A DNA stretch of 64,000 bases from Gemmatimonadales bacterium (GCA_965249575.1 OZ252244.1:3488001-3552000); one strand, 5' to 3'. Positions 47,340 to 57,807 are shown, numbered from the stretch's first letter. The notes: generated by a model from the letters alone, not told the origin. Program-made: numbers and translations.

Positions 47340-48211
47340 CAGACCCGCTCGACGATCTCCCGGCCGAAGAGCCCGTATGGACGGACCATGAGCACGACGA
47401 TCAACAGCACGAACGGCACGATCAGGTTGACCCCGTGCCCGATGTACCCGCCGGTGTACGCTTCGAGTAACCCGATTATCGCCCCGCCCACCACCGCCCC
47501 AGCGATGGAATCCAAGCCGCCGAGAATGACGACGGGGAAAACGCGGAGTCCGATGGCGCCGATGTCCTGACTCACGCCGACGATGTTGGCCAACATCACT
47601 CCGCCTATTGCCGCAGATGCGGCGGCCATCGCCCACGCGAGCGCGAAGACGCGTTTAATGCTGATCCCCATGCTGAGCGCTGCCTGCTGATCGTCGGCGA
47701 TCGCCCGCATCGCGATGCCGTCCCGCGCGACGCGGAAGAACAGTCCGAGGGCGACGAGCAGACCGACGGTGAGCGCGATGATCACCAGACGGTCGGCTCC
47801 GAGGACTGCCGAACCGAGGCGCACGTCTCCAGATGGAACGAACGCGGGGAAGGGTCGGGGGCGTGGACCCCAGACGGCGTTCACGAGTCCCTTGAGAAGG
47901 CTGGACAATCCGATGGTCACCATGATCATCGAGATGATGGGCTCACCGATAAGCGGTCGCAGGACGAACCGCTCGATGAGCAGGCCGGCCCCCACCGCGG
48001 TGAGCAGCGCGAGTAACACCCCCAGGCTCCACGGGAGGCCGAGTTGCGCAACGAAGAAAAACGTGAGATAAGCACCGAGTAACAACAACTCCCCCTGGGC
48101 GAAGTTGATGACGTCGCTGGCTTTGTATATGACCACGAACCCGACGGCTGCCAGGGCGTAAACCATGCCGTTACTCAAGCCAGAAACGCTAAGCTGTAAA
48201 AAGACGTCCAC
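47339..48211 (-). CDS. LIV-type ABC permease (LivH-like)
   Basis: INFAQGE, GIAMRA, LGGLDS, RPYGLFG. Confidence 0.9.
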   Translation of the reverse strand: MDVFLQLSVSGLSNGMVYALAAVGFVVIYKASDVINFAQGELLLLGAYLTFFFVAQLGLPWSLGVLLALLTAVGAGLLIERFVLRPLIGEPIISMIMVTIGLSSLLKGLVNAVWGPRPRPFPAFVPSGDVRLGSAVLGADRLVIIALTVGLLVALGLFFRVARDGIAMRAIADDQQAALSMGISIKRVFALAWAMAAASAAIGGVMLANIVGVSQDIGAIGLRVFPVVILGGLDSIAGAVVGGAIIGLLEAYTGGYIGHGVNLIVPFVLLIVVLMVRPYGLFGREIVERV

Positions 48212-48243
48212 GCGGATCTCCCAGGAGTATGCTCCAGCTGGGG

Positions 48244-50202
48244 CTACGGAACCGGTCGGATGGCGTCGGCCCGATTGACTTGCGTGTCTCCGGCGGAAGT
48301 CGACTCCTCGGCAAGCGATTCGATCCGGAGCGTCGTGCGGATGACCGCGGTCCGACCATCCTGATAGGCAATTGAGGAATCGATCGAGACCGCGCCGGCT
48401 TTACCGTAGAGGGCATCCACGAGCTCGGCATATCGGGAGCCGATCGTCTTTCGGCGTACCTTACGAGTGCGCGTGAGCTCCTCGTCGTCCGCATCGAGCT
48501 CCTTGTGGAGCAGCAGGAATCGGCGAACTCGGGCCGCCGGCGGAAGGCCGTCATTGGTTCGCTCGACACTGGCCCGGACGAGGTCGTAGACGCCGCGCTT
48601 CTGGGACAGATCGGTGAACGTCGTGTAAGGTACCTGATGCCGTTCCGCCCACTTGCCAGTGTTCGCGAAGTCGATTGCGATGATAGCGGTTACGAAGGGC
48701 CGGTCACCGCCGAACACTACGGCCTCACGCACGTACGGACTGAACTTGATCTTGTTTTCGACGAACTGCGGGCTGAAGAGCGTGTCGTCCGCCAATCGCA
48801 GCACGTCCTGGGCACGATCTATGACGACCAGGTGCCCGTCGTCCTCCAGGTATCCCGCATCACCGGAGTGAAGCCATCCGTCGCGCAGCGTCTCGGCCGT
48901 GGAATCGGCATCCCGGAAATAGCCGAGAAACACCGCGGGGCTGCGCGTGAGGATCTCTCCTCCTTCGTCAATGCGAAGTGTCGTATCGGGCAGCGGTAGA
49001 CCCACCGTGTCGAAGCGAATGTCGTTGTCGCGGTGCAGGACGGAGATCCCCGAGACCTCCGTCTGGCCGTAGATCTGCTTGAGATTCACATCGAGAGCGT
49101 GAAAAAAGCGGATGACGTCGGGCCCGAGAGCGGCTCCGCCGGTGTAGGCGCGTTTGAGCCGCCTGAGCCCGTAGCGATCCTTGACGGGCACAAATGCCAG
49201 CAGCTCGGCGATTGGACGTTTCGCCCGCTGACCCCAGGATGGTGCCTGTCCCGTGAGTCGAGCATCGGCGATGGCGGTTCCTACCTCCATGGCCCACTCG
49301 AACGCCTTGCGTTTGAGCCACGGAGCGTCCTCGACTTTGACCTGTATCTCGGACACGATGTTCTCCCAGATCCGTGGAGGCGAGAACATCATGTGTGGGC
49401 CCACCTCCCGAAGGTCCGCCTGAACGGTCCCAGGCTCTTCTGGGAAGTTGACCGTGAAGCGGCGGGTGAGGGCCCATGAGACCGTCATCATCTGCTCGCC
49501 GATCCACGCCAACGGCAAGAAAGAGAGATACTCGTCGCGGGGCTCCATGGGATCGACTTGCTGGAGGTTCTCGGCCATGCTCAGCAGGTTGCGGTGCGTC
49601 AGCATCGCGAGCTTGGGGCGGCCGGTCGTCCCTGACGTCGTCGACAGGATGGCCACATCGTTGGGACAGGTCGCCTCGACGCTCGCGCGGAAATCCCCGG
49701 GGTGAGCCCGCTCGACGTCGAGCCCCCGGGCCTCCACGTCAGGGAACGTCAACAGTAAGGGGCTCTCGTACACTCCGAGCCCACGCGGATCGTGGTAAAT
49801 GATGTATTCGAGCTTGGAAAGGCTTCGCTGGATGTCCAGTAACTTATCGACCTGCTCCTGATCCTCCGCCACGACGCACCGTGCCTCGGAAAAGTCAAGT
49901 ATGTACTGCACTTCCGATGGCACCGAGTCCTGGTACACCCCCACCGAGATCGCGCCGAGGGACTGGGCGGCCAGTTCGGCGATGACCCACTCGGGACGGT
50001 TGTCTCCGAGGATCGCGATGGTGTCTCCCTTCCGCAGGCCGAGGTGGCTCAGGCCCAGGGAAAAGTCGCGCACTCGCCGCGCGTAATCTCTCCAAGAATG
50101 CTCCCGCCAGATTCCGAGATCCTTTTCCCGGAGCGCGATCTGATCTGGGAAACGATCGGCGTTCGCGAAAAGAACCTTGGGCAGGGTTTGAACGTCCGTC
50201 AC
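48244..50202 (-). CDS. Long-chain acyl-CoA synthetase-like AMP-binding protein
   Basis: TSGTTGRPK, LPLAWIGEQ, YGQTE, WLHSGDAG, ELTRTRKVRR. Confidence 0.9.
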   Translation of the reverse strand: MTDVQTLPKVLFANADRFPDQIALREKDLGIWREHSWRDYARRVRDFSLGLSHLGLRKGDTIAILGDNRPEWVIAELAAQSLGAISVGVYQDSVPSEVQYILDFSEARCVVAEDQEQVDKLLDIQRSLSKLEYIIYHDPRGLGVYESPLLLTFPDVEARGLDVERAHPGDFRASVEATCPNDVAILSTTSGTTGRPKLAMLTHRNLLSMAENLQQVDPMEPRDEYLSFLPLAWIGEQMMTVSWALTRRFTVNFPEEPGTVQADLREVGPHMMFSPPRIWENIVSEIQVKVEDAPWLKRKAFEWAMEVGTAIADARLTGQAPSWGQRAKRPIAELLAFVPVKDRYGLRRLKRAYTGGAALGPDVIRFFHALDVNLKQIYGQTEVSGISVLHRDNDIRFDTVGLPLPDTTLRIDEGGEILTRSPAVFLGYFRDADSTAETLRDGWLHSGDAGYLEDDGHLVVIDRAQDVLRLADDTLFSPQFVENKIKFSPYVREAVVFGGDRPFVTAIIAIDFANTGKWAERHQVPYTTFTDLSQKRGVYDLVRASVERTNDGLPPAARVRRFLLLHKELDADDEELTRTRKVRRKTIGSRYAELVDALYGKAGAVSIDSSIAYQDGRTAVIRTTLRIESLAEESTSAGDTQVNRADAIRPVP

Positions 50203-50993
50203 GATTCCCCGAGATACGCCTGAATCACCTCCGGATTACGACGGATCGCGTCCGGAGGGCCCTGTGCAATCAGGCGGCCGAAGTCGAGAACCGCCACCCG
50301 TTGTGCGATGTCCATGACCACACCCATGTCGTGATCGATCAGCACGGCTGTGACACCCAACTCCTCGTTGACGTCGAGGGTGAACCGCGCCATGGCTTCC
50401 TTTTCCTCGGCGTTCATTCCAGCCATTGGCTCATCCAAGAGGAGAACCTCCGGATCCAGAGCCAGCGCGCGACCGAGCTCGACTCGCTTTTGCATGCCAT
50501 ACGGAAGGTGTCCGACGTGCTTGTGGCGAACATGCTGGATGTCCAAGAAATCGATCAAGTCTTCGACTCGCCGCCGATGGGCGACCTCGACCTTCCGCTG
50601 CGTTGGCCAGTACAGGCCGCCGCTCAGTGCGCCGCCGGTCATGTGGATGTGTCGTCCGAGCATGAGGTTGTCGAGCACGGTCATGTTGCGGAACAGCTCG
50701 ATGTTCTGAAACGAGCGCGCGATGCCGAGACGGGCGATCTCGTGGGGGCGGCGCCGGGTTAGCTCGTGTGCCTCCCCCACGGCGTCAACGAAGAGAATCC
50801 GTCCGGTCGCCGGTCGATAGAGTCCGCTGATGCAGTTGAGCAGGCTCGTCTTCCCCGCGCCGTTCGGGCCAATGATGGCGAGCAGCTCTCGAGCATGGAC
50901 GTCCAAGGACACGCCCGATAGTGCGCGGACTCCTCCAAAGCTGAGGTGGACGTCGTGCACGGCGAGCTGGGCGGCGGGGGCCACGAGGTTCAT
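50199..50993 (-). CDS. LIV-type ABC transporter ATPase (LivG-like)
   Basis: GPNGAGKTS, LPYG.QKRVEL, DEPMAGMN, AYLG. Confidence 0.92.
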   Translation of the reverse strand: MNLVAPAAQLAVHDVHLSFGGVRALSGVSLDVHARELLAIIGPNGAGKTSLLNCISGLYRPATGRILFVDAVGEAHELTRRRPHEIARLGIARSFQNIELFRNMTVLDNLMLGRHIHMTGGALSGGLYWPTQRKVEVAHRRRVEDLIDFLDIQHVRHKHVGHLPYGMQKRVELGRALALDPEVLLLDEPMAGMNAEEKEAMARFTLDVNEELGVTAVLIDHDMGVVMDIAQRVAVLDFGRLIAQGPPDAIRRNPEVIQAYLGES

Positions 50994-51376
50994 AGCAGTC
51001 GAAACGGCCGGCGCGTCCCCCGTGGCTGAGTGACGAGCGAGATGACGTTAATGTGTCAGCTCCCCTGCTTCACGGCGTGCACCGAAACGTCCGAACGCCC
51101 TCCGGCGATGCTGAAGGCGACGCGAAGGACATGCGATCGCCCGCGTCTGAAGGGAGTTACCGTAGAATGAGGTCGCGAGGATTTGCATGGTCGTCGTCGG
51201 TGATATCAAGTTGATCGTGCCGCGCCAGTCGCTACCCTGGGTCGGGATGACGTCTAAGCAAACCCGTGACACGTAGGGGAGTCAACCGGTTGCTCGCCTG
51301 GTGGCCTCGTTACAGATTTGCTGCCCTATCTCGATACGCGGCCGACGCGACTGGGCGTGCCAACCAGGAGATACCC

Positions 51377-52792
51377 ATGAAACCCAGACGGACCTTCTCG
51401 CGCTTGCTCCCGATCTTCGCCACGCTCGTTTGGCCGACCCAGCCGGTTGCTTGGGCGCAGTACCCACCTGGCACTCAGGGAAGCGCCAATCTCCAGGTCG
51501 TCGGACACGTTCCTCGAGGCGCGCAGTACCGAACCGGTGACGTGGAGATTGAGCAGGAGCTCTCCCGCCCGTATGCGTACGTATCGAGCCGCATGGAGGA
51601 AGCCGGATTCGATATCGTGAGCCTGAAGATTCTAGATCGCGCGAGGATCATCTACTCATGGCGTATCGAGAATCCTCGCCTGCACCAGGGTGGTGGGGGT
51701 ATGGACGGGCGGTACTTCAAGCTCAGCGGCCGCTATTACTACGTGCAATCCCTCCAGTTCAAGCAGAGCGGACCGGACTCTGATGTTGGCGCAGTCGTGG
51801 TGGACGTTACGGGGCTGCCGGACACGTCGAGCGTGCAGGAGGTGGGTCGGATGCGCGCACCGGAGAACCCCGGGGGCTTCCACAATTTATTTGCCTATAG
51901 GCATTCCGACGGACGGGTGCTGTTATTCACCACATCAGGCCCCCAAGCCAAGATCTATGACATGGACCAGTTTCTCTCGGGGAATCCCACGCAGGGCCTG
52001 GTTGGGCGGGTGCCGGTTCCCGAGACGCCTGGTGCGCTTTCGAAGAGCTACCACGACTTCTACGTCGGATACGACCCAGCCAGCCATGAGGACAGATTCT
52101 ACGGTGCCGGTGGGGGCGGGTATTACGTTTTCGACGTGAGTGACGTCAGCCAGCCCCGGCTCTTGACGACCATCTCTGGCGTGCCGGGCATGAACTGGGG
52201 CCACACCTTCACCCCGACCCCCGACGGACGGTACGCCATAGGCGAGGCGGAATGGCAATATCAGCCGCTTCGCATCTTCGATCTCAAGCCGGGCCTCGAC
52301 GGCGAGCTGCAGAACATTTCTCGTCCCATCGGAGCCTGGACTGCGGATTGGGAAAACGTCGCCCATAATCACGAGGTTCGATGGCCCTACGTGTTTGTCT
52401 CAGGCTATGAGGACGGGCTGCACGTGTTCAACATGATAGACCCGACGAATCCCTACACCGTCGGGTATTACGACACGTTCGACGGGCCGCACAACAAAGC
52501 GAGCATGGGGGGCGGCGGTCGTGGGAACTTCACCTGGGGAGTCTACGACGGCGCGTGGGGTGTGGACGTTCGAAACGCGGATGGATTGATTGTCGTGAGC
52601 GACCTCACGACTGGGTTCTGGGCGCTCAAGATGGACGGTTTCGACGGGTGGAACGGCCATCAGTGGGGCATGCCGAACAACTCGAGTGCACAGGACTGGG
52701 ACAACGGACCAGATGGTGCTCAGGGGCCGGCCAGAGTCAGCTGGACAGTGAGCAAGCCCCATCCCTTCCCAACCACTCCAACTGAGGAGTGA
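51377..52792 (+). CDS. Secreted LVIVD-repeat (beta-propeller) protein
   Basis: Signal peptide; SD aggag; DVEIEQELSRPYAYV, HNHEVRWPYVFVSGYEDG, GAWGVDVRNADG. Confidence 0.8.
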   Translation: MKPRRTFSRLLPIFATLVWPTQPVAWAQYPPGTQGSANLQVVGHVPRGAQYRTGDVEIEQELSRPYAYVSSRMEEAGFDIVSLKILDRARIIYSWRIENPRLHQGGGGMDGRYFKLSGRYYYVQSLQFKQSGPDSDVGAVVVDVTGLPDTSSVQEVGRMRAPENPGGFHNLFAYRHSDGRVLLFTTSGPQAKIYDMDQFLSGNPTQGLVGRVPVPETPGALSKSYHDFYVGYDPASHEDRFYGAGGGGYYVFDVSDVSQPRLLTTISGVPGMNWGHTFTPTPDGRYAIGEAEWQYQPLRIFDLKPGLDGELQNISRPIGAWTADWENVAHNHEVRWPYVFVSGYEDGLHVFNMIDPTNPYTVGYYDTFDGPHNKASMGGGGRGNFTWGVYDGAWGVDVRNADGLIVVSDLTTGFWALKMDGFDGWNGHQWGMPNNSSAQDWDNGPDGAQGPARVSWTVSKPHPFPTTPTEE

Positions 52793-52869
52793 GAAGGCCC
52801 CGCCCCGCTCTCCAGTGGCCCCTGTGGTGGGGAGAGGAGAGTGGCCTCCTTACTCCTCACTTGGGGTGG
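52773..52869. repeat. Long imperfect inverted repeat between convergent genes
   Basis: tgaggagtgagaaggcc pairs with ggcctccttactcctca (one mismatch, one G-U); outer ccactccaa/ttggggtgg. Confidence 0.5.
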
Positions 52870-52915
52870 GAGGTGCGTGCGGACTCATGGCGCGTGGAGT
52901 GGACTGGGGAAGGGC

Positions 52916-53761
52916 CTACTGCAGGATCGCCCCAACTGCCGCGTCGTAGTGCTGCTCCGCGTCCGCCAGGATCTCCGGGATAGCAGACTCTTCCAGATCC
53001 ACTAGGTCCCACGCTTGTGGCACGAGAGGAGGGATGTAGCGCTCGCCGCTGCTGCCGAGCTGGAGTGCGTGGGCCGTTATGTCCGCAACGTGCACGATGG
53101 CGGCCTCCACCGGGTACGTGGCACCGTTGAGTGGTTGATGGTGGTAGGCGACGGGCTCTTCGAGGCTTTCCGGAAGGCCCCACTGGCTGACGAGCACCCG
53201 GCCCACTGCCGCATGGTCATAACCGAACGCGCTACGCTCGAGCACGTACAGGAGATCGCCGCTCAATGCCGCTTCTTCTAGCACGGAGCGAGCGCCCGAC
53301 GGATTCTGCTGGTAAATGATCAGGCGCCCCACATCGTGGAGGAGCCCGGCCACGAAGAAGCGCTCGACCTTTGGCGCTTGCTTATGGGATGCCATTACTC
53401 GTGCTATGACGCCGCAGCCGAGGCTGTGCTTCCAGAAGGCATCCAGGTTGACGAGATCGCTCGGGATATCTCGAAACGACTGTATGACGGAAGTAGCGAG
53501 GGCGAGATCGTGAATCTCTTCGGCACCTACGATGGTCACTGCTTGGGGGACGGTCTCGATCTTCGTGGACAATCCGTAGTAGGGGCTGTTGACCAGTCGT
53601 AAGAGACGGGCGGTGAGGCCTGTATCGGTGGCGAGCACGGCAGCCACTTCGTCGGTTGACCAGTGTGGGCTTCCCAAGACCTGTGTGAGGCGCAGGTACA
53701 CCGCTGGGGGCGAAGGGAGTGCCACCGCGCCGTCGAGGAGATCGGTGATACTAGGTGGCAT
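52916..53761 (-). CDS. HDOD domain protein
   Basis: LPSPP, LLRLVNSPYY, FWKHS, AGLLHDVG, DHA.VG, W.LP, HH.P. Confidence 0.9.
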   Translation of the reverse strand: MPPSITDLLDGAVALPSPPAVYLRLTQVLGSPHWSTDEVAAVLATDTGLTARLLRLVNSPYYGLSTKIETVPQAVTIVGAEEIHDLALATSVIQSFRDIPSDLVNLDAFWKHSLGCGVIARVMASHKQAPKVERFFVAGLLHDVGRLIIYQQNPSGARSVLEEAALSGDLLYVLERSAFGYDHAAVGRVLVSQWGLPESLEEPVAYHHQPLNGATYPVEAAIVHVADITAHALQLGSSGERYIPPLVPQAWDLVDLEESAIPEILADAEQHYDAAVGAILQ

Positions 53762-53927
53762 GGTCGGTCGAGATGCTCGTGACGAGCCGACGGACGCACT
53801 CTGCATAGAGGTGTGCGATCAGCGGATGATCGAGGTCCGTATGCCGAAAGAGCACCCTCGCTTCCTCTTCGGCGTCCCCACCGGCTGACGTGCCTTCGGG
53901 CCGCTTGCCCTCGATTCCGTCGGACAT
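53751..53927 (-). CDS. Small HDOD-associated protein (58 aa)
   Basis: SD ggag then ATG; LFRHTDLDHPLIAHLYAEC; overlaps the HDOD start. Confidence 0.55.
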   Translation of the reverse strand: MSDGIEGKRPEGTSAGGDAEEEARVLFRHTDLDHPLIAHLYAECVRRLVTSISTDHAT

Positions 53928-54210
53928 GCACTGCTCCGTTTCCGTACACCCAAACTCTGCTCGTGCGACAGGCCAACCCATCACGCGCTAGTATCGGGAT
54001 GACGAAAGGGACCCTTGAGCCGATCGCCGTGTCGTGGTGCCCTTTACCCGTCCGCCAGTGGACGGAGTGAGCTATGCAAGGGAAGCGGAGACGAATCGCC
54101 GGGGCGGCTGTTGACCGCGGCACGCCTAGGTAGTAGTCGTTTGATGGTTCGCCGCGGCCGCGCTTGCGCCTTGGCGTTCGTGTTCACCCAACAGCCGGAT
54201 CGATTCTCGT

Positions 54211-55692
54211 ATGGAACAGGGAGCGAAGTTCCCTCAAGACCTGACCGCGCCGCCGGAGGCGTGGCTCCCGGCGCGGCGCATCGCGCAGGCTATGGTAAGG
54301 CCCATCGAGCGCTTCATGCATGTCGAGGCGGCGAGCGGCATCGTGCTGCTCGTGGCTGCTGCGGTGGCGTTGATCTGGGCGAACTCACCCTGGGCTGCGA
54401 GCTACGAGCATTTCTGGGAGATGCCGGTTCGAATCGGGGTCGGGTCGTGGAGCACGGAGGGGTCCCTGCATTTCTGGATCAACGACTTGCTCATGACCGT
54501 GTTCTTCTTGGTTGTTGGCCTGGAGATCAAGCGGGAGCTTGCCGAAGGTGCGTTGTCGGATGTTCGACGGGCAGCCCTCCCCGTGGCCGCTGCGTTTGGT
54601 GGCATGCTCGTTCCCGCAGCGATCTATGTGGCCTTGAATGCCTCCGGACCCGGCGAGCGGGGCTGGGGAGTCCCAATGGCTACCGACATCGCGTTTGCGG
54701 TTGGGGTGATCACGCTACTGGGGCGTCGCATCCCGGCGGCGTTACGAGTCCTACTGTTGGCATTCGCGATCATCGATGACATCGGCGCCATACTCGTCAT
54801 CGCGGTGTTCTACTCGACCGGGTTCGACGTTCAGGGCTTCGCGATTGCCGGGCTGGGGCTCGTGATTCTCCTGCTCTTCCGGCGTATAGGGATGCGAGAA
54901 GGCGTTCTGTTCGTGATTCCGCTCCTGCTGCTCTGGGCCGGTCTCCTGCGGGCAGGTGTTCACCCAACGATCGCTGGAGTGATACAGGGCCTCACGGCGC
55001 CCGTCCGCCCGTGGTTCGGGCGGGCCGGATTCCTCCAAGTGGCGCAAGAGGCCTTGGCGCAGTTCGAACAGCGTGCTGCCGAGCATCGGCGCGACGAGGA
55101 GCTACTTGAGCCCCTGAACAAACTGGCGGTCGCTCAGCGGGAGGCGGTGTCACCTGCGCTGAGGGGGCAGATGGCGCTGCACTCCTGGGTAGCTTACGGG
55201 GTCATGCCGCTCTTCGCGTTTGCCAATGCTGGCGTGAACCTCTCGGGCTTGGACATGGCCGTGCCGGGGGCAGGAGCGGTTCTGATCGGCACTGCGGTCG
55301 CGCTATTCCTGGGGAAGCCACTTGGAGTCATGCTCGCCAGCTGGATTTCGGTGCGTCTTGGTCTCTGTTCGCTGCCCGCGGGCGCGAGCTGGCGGGGCAT
55401 GACGATCGTTGGATTCGCAGCGGGAATCGGCTTCACCATGGCCATTTTCATAGCCGAGCTGGCGTTCAATCAGCCCACGTTGCTCGCGGTGGCGAAAGCC
55501 GGGATCTTGCTCGCGACAGCGGCGGCGGCAGCGGTTGCGCTGCTCGCCGGTTGGGTGCTGTTACCGCGCGAGCAACCAGCCGCTCTCGCGGGTATTAGCG
55601 ACAGCGTAGCCGAGTCGTCGCCCGAGCTGTGGCTTGGGGTCAAACAAGTCCCCGAAAGCGGACCAGCGGGCGCTCGGGACCTCTTGGATTAG
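54211..55692 (+). CDS. nhaA: Na+/H+ antiporter NhaA
   Basis: WINDLLM, GLEIKRE, PMATDIAF, AIIDD, GVHPT, GIGFTM. Confidence 0.93.
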   Translation: MEQGAKFPQDLTAPPEAWLPARRIAQAMVRPIERFMHVEAASGIVLLVAAAVALIWANSPWAASYEHFWEMPVRIGVGSWSTEGSLHFWINDLLMTVFFLVVGLEIKRELAEGALSDVRRAALPVAAAFGGMLVPAAIYVALNASGPGERGWGVPMATDIAFAVGVITLLGRRIPAALRVLLLAFAIIDDIGAILVIAVFYSTGFDVQGFAIAGLGLVILLLFRRIGMREGVLFVIPLLLLWAGLLRAGVHPTIAGVIQGLTAPVRPWFGRAGFLQVAQEALAQFEQRAAEHRRDEELLEPLNKLAVAQREAVSPALRGQMALHSWVAYGVMPLFAFANAGVNLSGLDMAVPGAGAVLIGTAVALFLGKPLGVMLASWISVRLGLCSLPAGASWRGMTIVGFAAGIGFTMAIFIAELAFNQPTLLAVAKAGILLATAAAAAVALLAGWVLLPREQPAALAGISDSVAESSPELWLGVKQVPESGPAGARDLLD

Positions 55693-55786
55693 CGGCGCCC
55701 GGACAACCCCGCAATTCGCACGGGCGTCGATCTCCGTGCGAGGACACAGGGCGCTTAGTCCCGCCGGAAGGACGGAGTCGTTGAGC

Positions 55787-57217
55787 ATGCTGAAACGTTC
55801 CAAGATGTTCGCTCGCGTTGTTACGTGGATGGTGATGGGTGCCTCCCTGGTCCGTGCACCGGTCGGTGCAGCGCAGGAACGCCCGCCTGGCCTCGCGGAA
55901 TTGAGCGACTCCTTTGAGAGGCTTGCGAGCCGCGTGGCGCCGGCAGTGGTCGAGGTTTTCGTCACGAGTTACGGCCCGATTGGTGGCGATGCTCTGGGCG
56001 CGGGTGCTCTCCTCGGGTCCCAGCGACGGGCGGGTTCTGGAGTGATCCTGAGTTCCGATGGCTACGTCGTAACCAACGCCCACGTCGTCCGGGGCGGGCG
56101 ACGGTTGAGGGTGTCCCTGCCGTCATCGGTCGGGTCGGGAGCTCCGGGTCGGTCCCTCATAAAACCCGTCGGGAAGCAGGTGGATGCGCGAATTGTCGGG
56201 ATCGATCGCGAGACGGATCTCGCGGTTTTGAAGATCGACGAGTCCGGTCTCCTCTTCCTCGAGCTCGGCGATTCCGACGAGCTCCGACCCGGCCAGCTCG
56301 TGTTCGCATTCGGCAGCCCCCTGGGCCTCGCTAATTCGGTCAGCATGGGAGTGGTGAGTGCGGTCGCACGGCAGCTCGAGCCGGAAGCTCCAATGGCCTA
56401 CATCCAAACCGATGCGACGATCAATCCGGGGAACAGCGGGGGCCCGTTGGTCAACGCCCGTGGCCTCGTCGTCGGGGTGAACACGCTGATCTTCTCGCAG
56501 TCGGGTGGCAGCGAGGGGATCGGCTTCGCGGCGCCGAGCAACATCGTGCGAAGCGTGTTTCAGCAGATCCGTGCAAATGGGCGGGTTCGTCGCGGCGAAA
56601 TCGGGGTATATGCCCAGACCATCACTCCAACGCTAGCCGCAGGGTTGCGGCTCCGTCGCGAGTGGGGCGTCATCCTCGGTGACGTGCGTCCTCGAAGTCC
56701 AGCAGCCAACGTCGGGCTCCGGGCGGGAGATATCATCCTGGCGCTCAATGGCAAGCCGATGGAGAACGCACGGCAACTGGACGTGAATATCTACGGGCGG
56801 TCCGTCGGTGATACGGTGACGTTGGGTGTGCTTCGCGGTGCCGAGCAGTTCGAGGCGCGGGTCCTCGTGCTACAACTAGCAGATGACCCATCCCGATTCG
56901 CTGAGCTCGCCACCCCAGCGGAGCATCTGGTTCGGCGTCTTGGCGTGCTCGCTGTTGAGTACGGGAGTGAGCTTGCGCCGATGCTACCGTGGATACGCCA
57001 GTCCACCGGCGTCGTGATCGCGGCGCTGGCCCTCGATGTGCCGTTCAGGGATGTGGGGTTGGAGCCTGGTGACGTCGTCTACGCCGTCAATTCGATCCCC
57101 ACGCCAACGGTGCGGCAGTTACGAGCCGTCCTGGAGGGTGTGGGCTTGGGCGATCCTGCGGTCTTCAGGATCGACCGGCGCGGGCGATTCATGTACGTCG
57201 CCCTGAATCTCGAGTGA
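55787..57217 (+). CDS. HtrA/DegP-like serine protease with two PDZ domains
   Basis: TNAHV, DLAV, GNSGG triad; PDZ GDII and GDVV. Confidence 0.9.
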   Translation: MLKRSKMFARVVTWMVMGASLVRAPVGAAQERPPGLAELSDSFERLASRVAPAVVEVFVTSYGPIGGDALGAGALLGSQRRAGSGVILSSDGYVVTNAHVVRGGRRLRVSLPSSVGSGAPGRSLIKPVGKQVDARIVGIDRETDLAVLKIDESGLLFLELGDSDELRPGQLVFAFGSPLGLANSVSMGVVSAVARQLEPEAPMAYIQTDATINPGNSGGPLVNARGLVVGVNTLIFSQSGGSEGIGFAAPSNIVRSVFQQIRANGRVRRGEIGVYAQTITPTLAAGLRLRREWGVILGDVRPRSPAANVGLRAGDIILALNGKPMENARQLDVNIYGRSVGDTVTLGVLRGAEQFEARVLVLQLADDPSRFAELATPAEHLVRRLGVLAVEYGSELAPMLPWIRQSTGVVIAALALDVPFRDVGLEPGDVVYAVNSIPTPTVRQLRAVLEGVGLGDPAVFRIDRRGRFMYVALNLE

Positions 57218-57256
57218 GTCGGCTTGTGGCGGAGCACCTGGGGATGCTGGCCCACC

Positions 57257-57430
57257 CTACGATTCCAGCATCCCCAGTTCCACGCACGTTGTAGGCATGT
57301 AGACGGTCGGTTTGAGGTGGTGCCTCGCCTGCTCCTCGGGCGAGCCATCTGCCTGGATCAAATCAGTGCGCTCCCGCGAGCTGATCTCGGGCTCACTGTC
57401 ACGGGGCGCTTCCATGCACTGCTGCGTCAT
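57257..57430 (-). CDS. Putative 57-aa small protein
   Basis: GGAGG SD 5 nt before ATG; MTQQCMEAPRDSEPEISSRERTDLIQADGSPEEQARHHLKPTVYMPTTCVELGMLES. Confidence 0.4.
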   Translation of the reverse strand: MTQQCMEAPRDSEPEISSRERTDLIQADGSPEEQARHHLKPTVYMPTTCVELGMLES

Positions 57431-57807
57431 CAAATCCTCCACAAATCCTCGGTCCCTCGACGGTCCTAGTCTCTTAGACGCGTGGACCCGCTACATCGTT
57501 GCAGGTACGTAGGCCCGGGTGTGCCGGGTTGGTGCGAGCCGCGCTGGTGGGCCTTGTTCCAACTACAAGGACGGTCCAGGCTCCCGTAATGTTACAACCT
57601 TGAGCGGGGAGGTGGCCGGTTCCAGGTGTCCCCCCGGGGCACGTTACGCGTGTGAGACAGAACACAGCCCCCCGGGCTCGACGGTCACAGCTTGCCTCAA
57701 GCTTCGTAGCCATATTGCCGACCATGATGAACTGGAGACCTTGCTGGTCTTTTCAACACAGCGATCGACTTTGGCGCCCAGCGCCAAGGTCACACCGGAG
57801 GAGTGTC

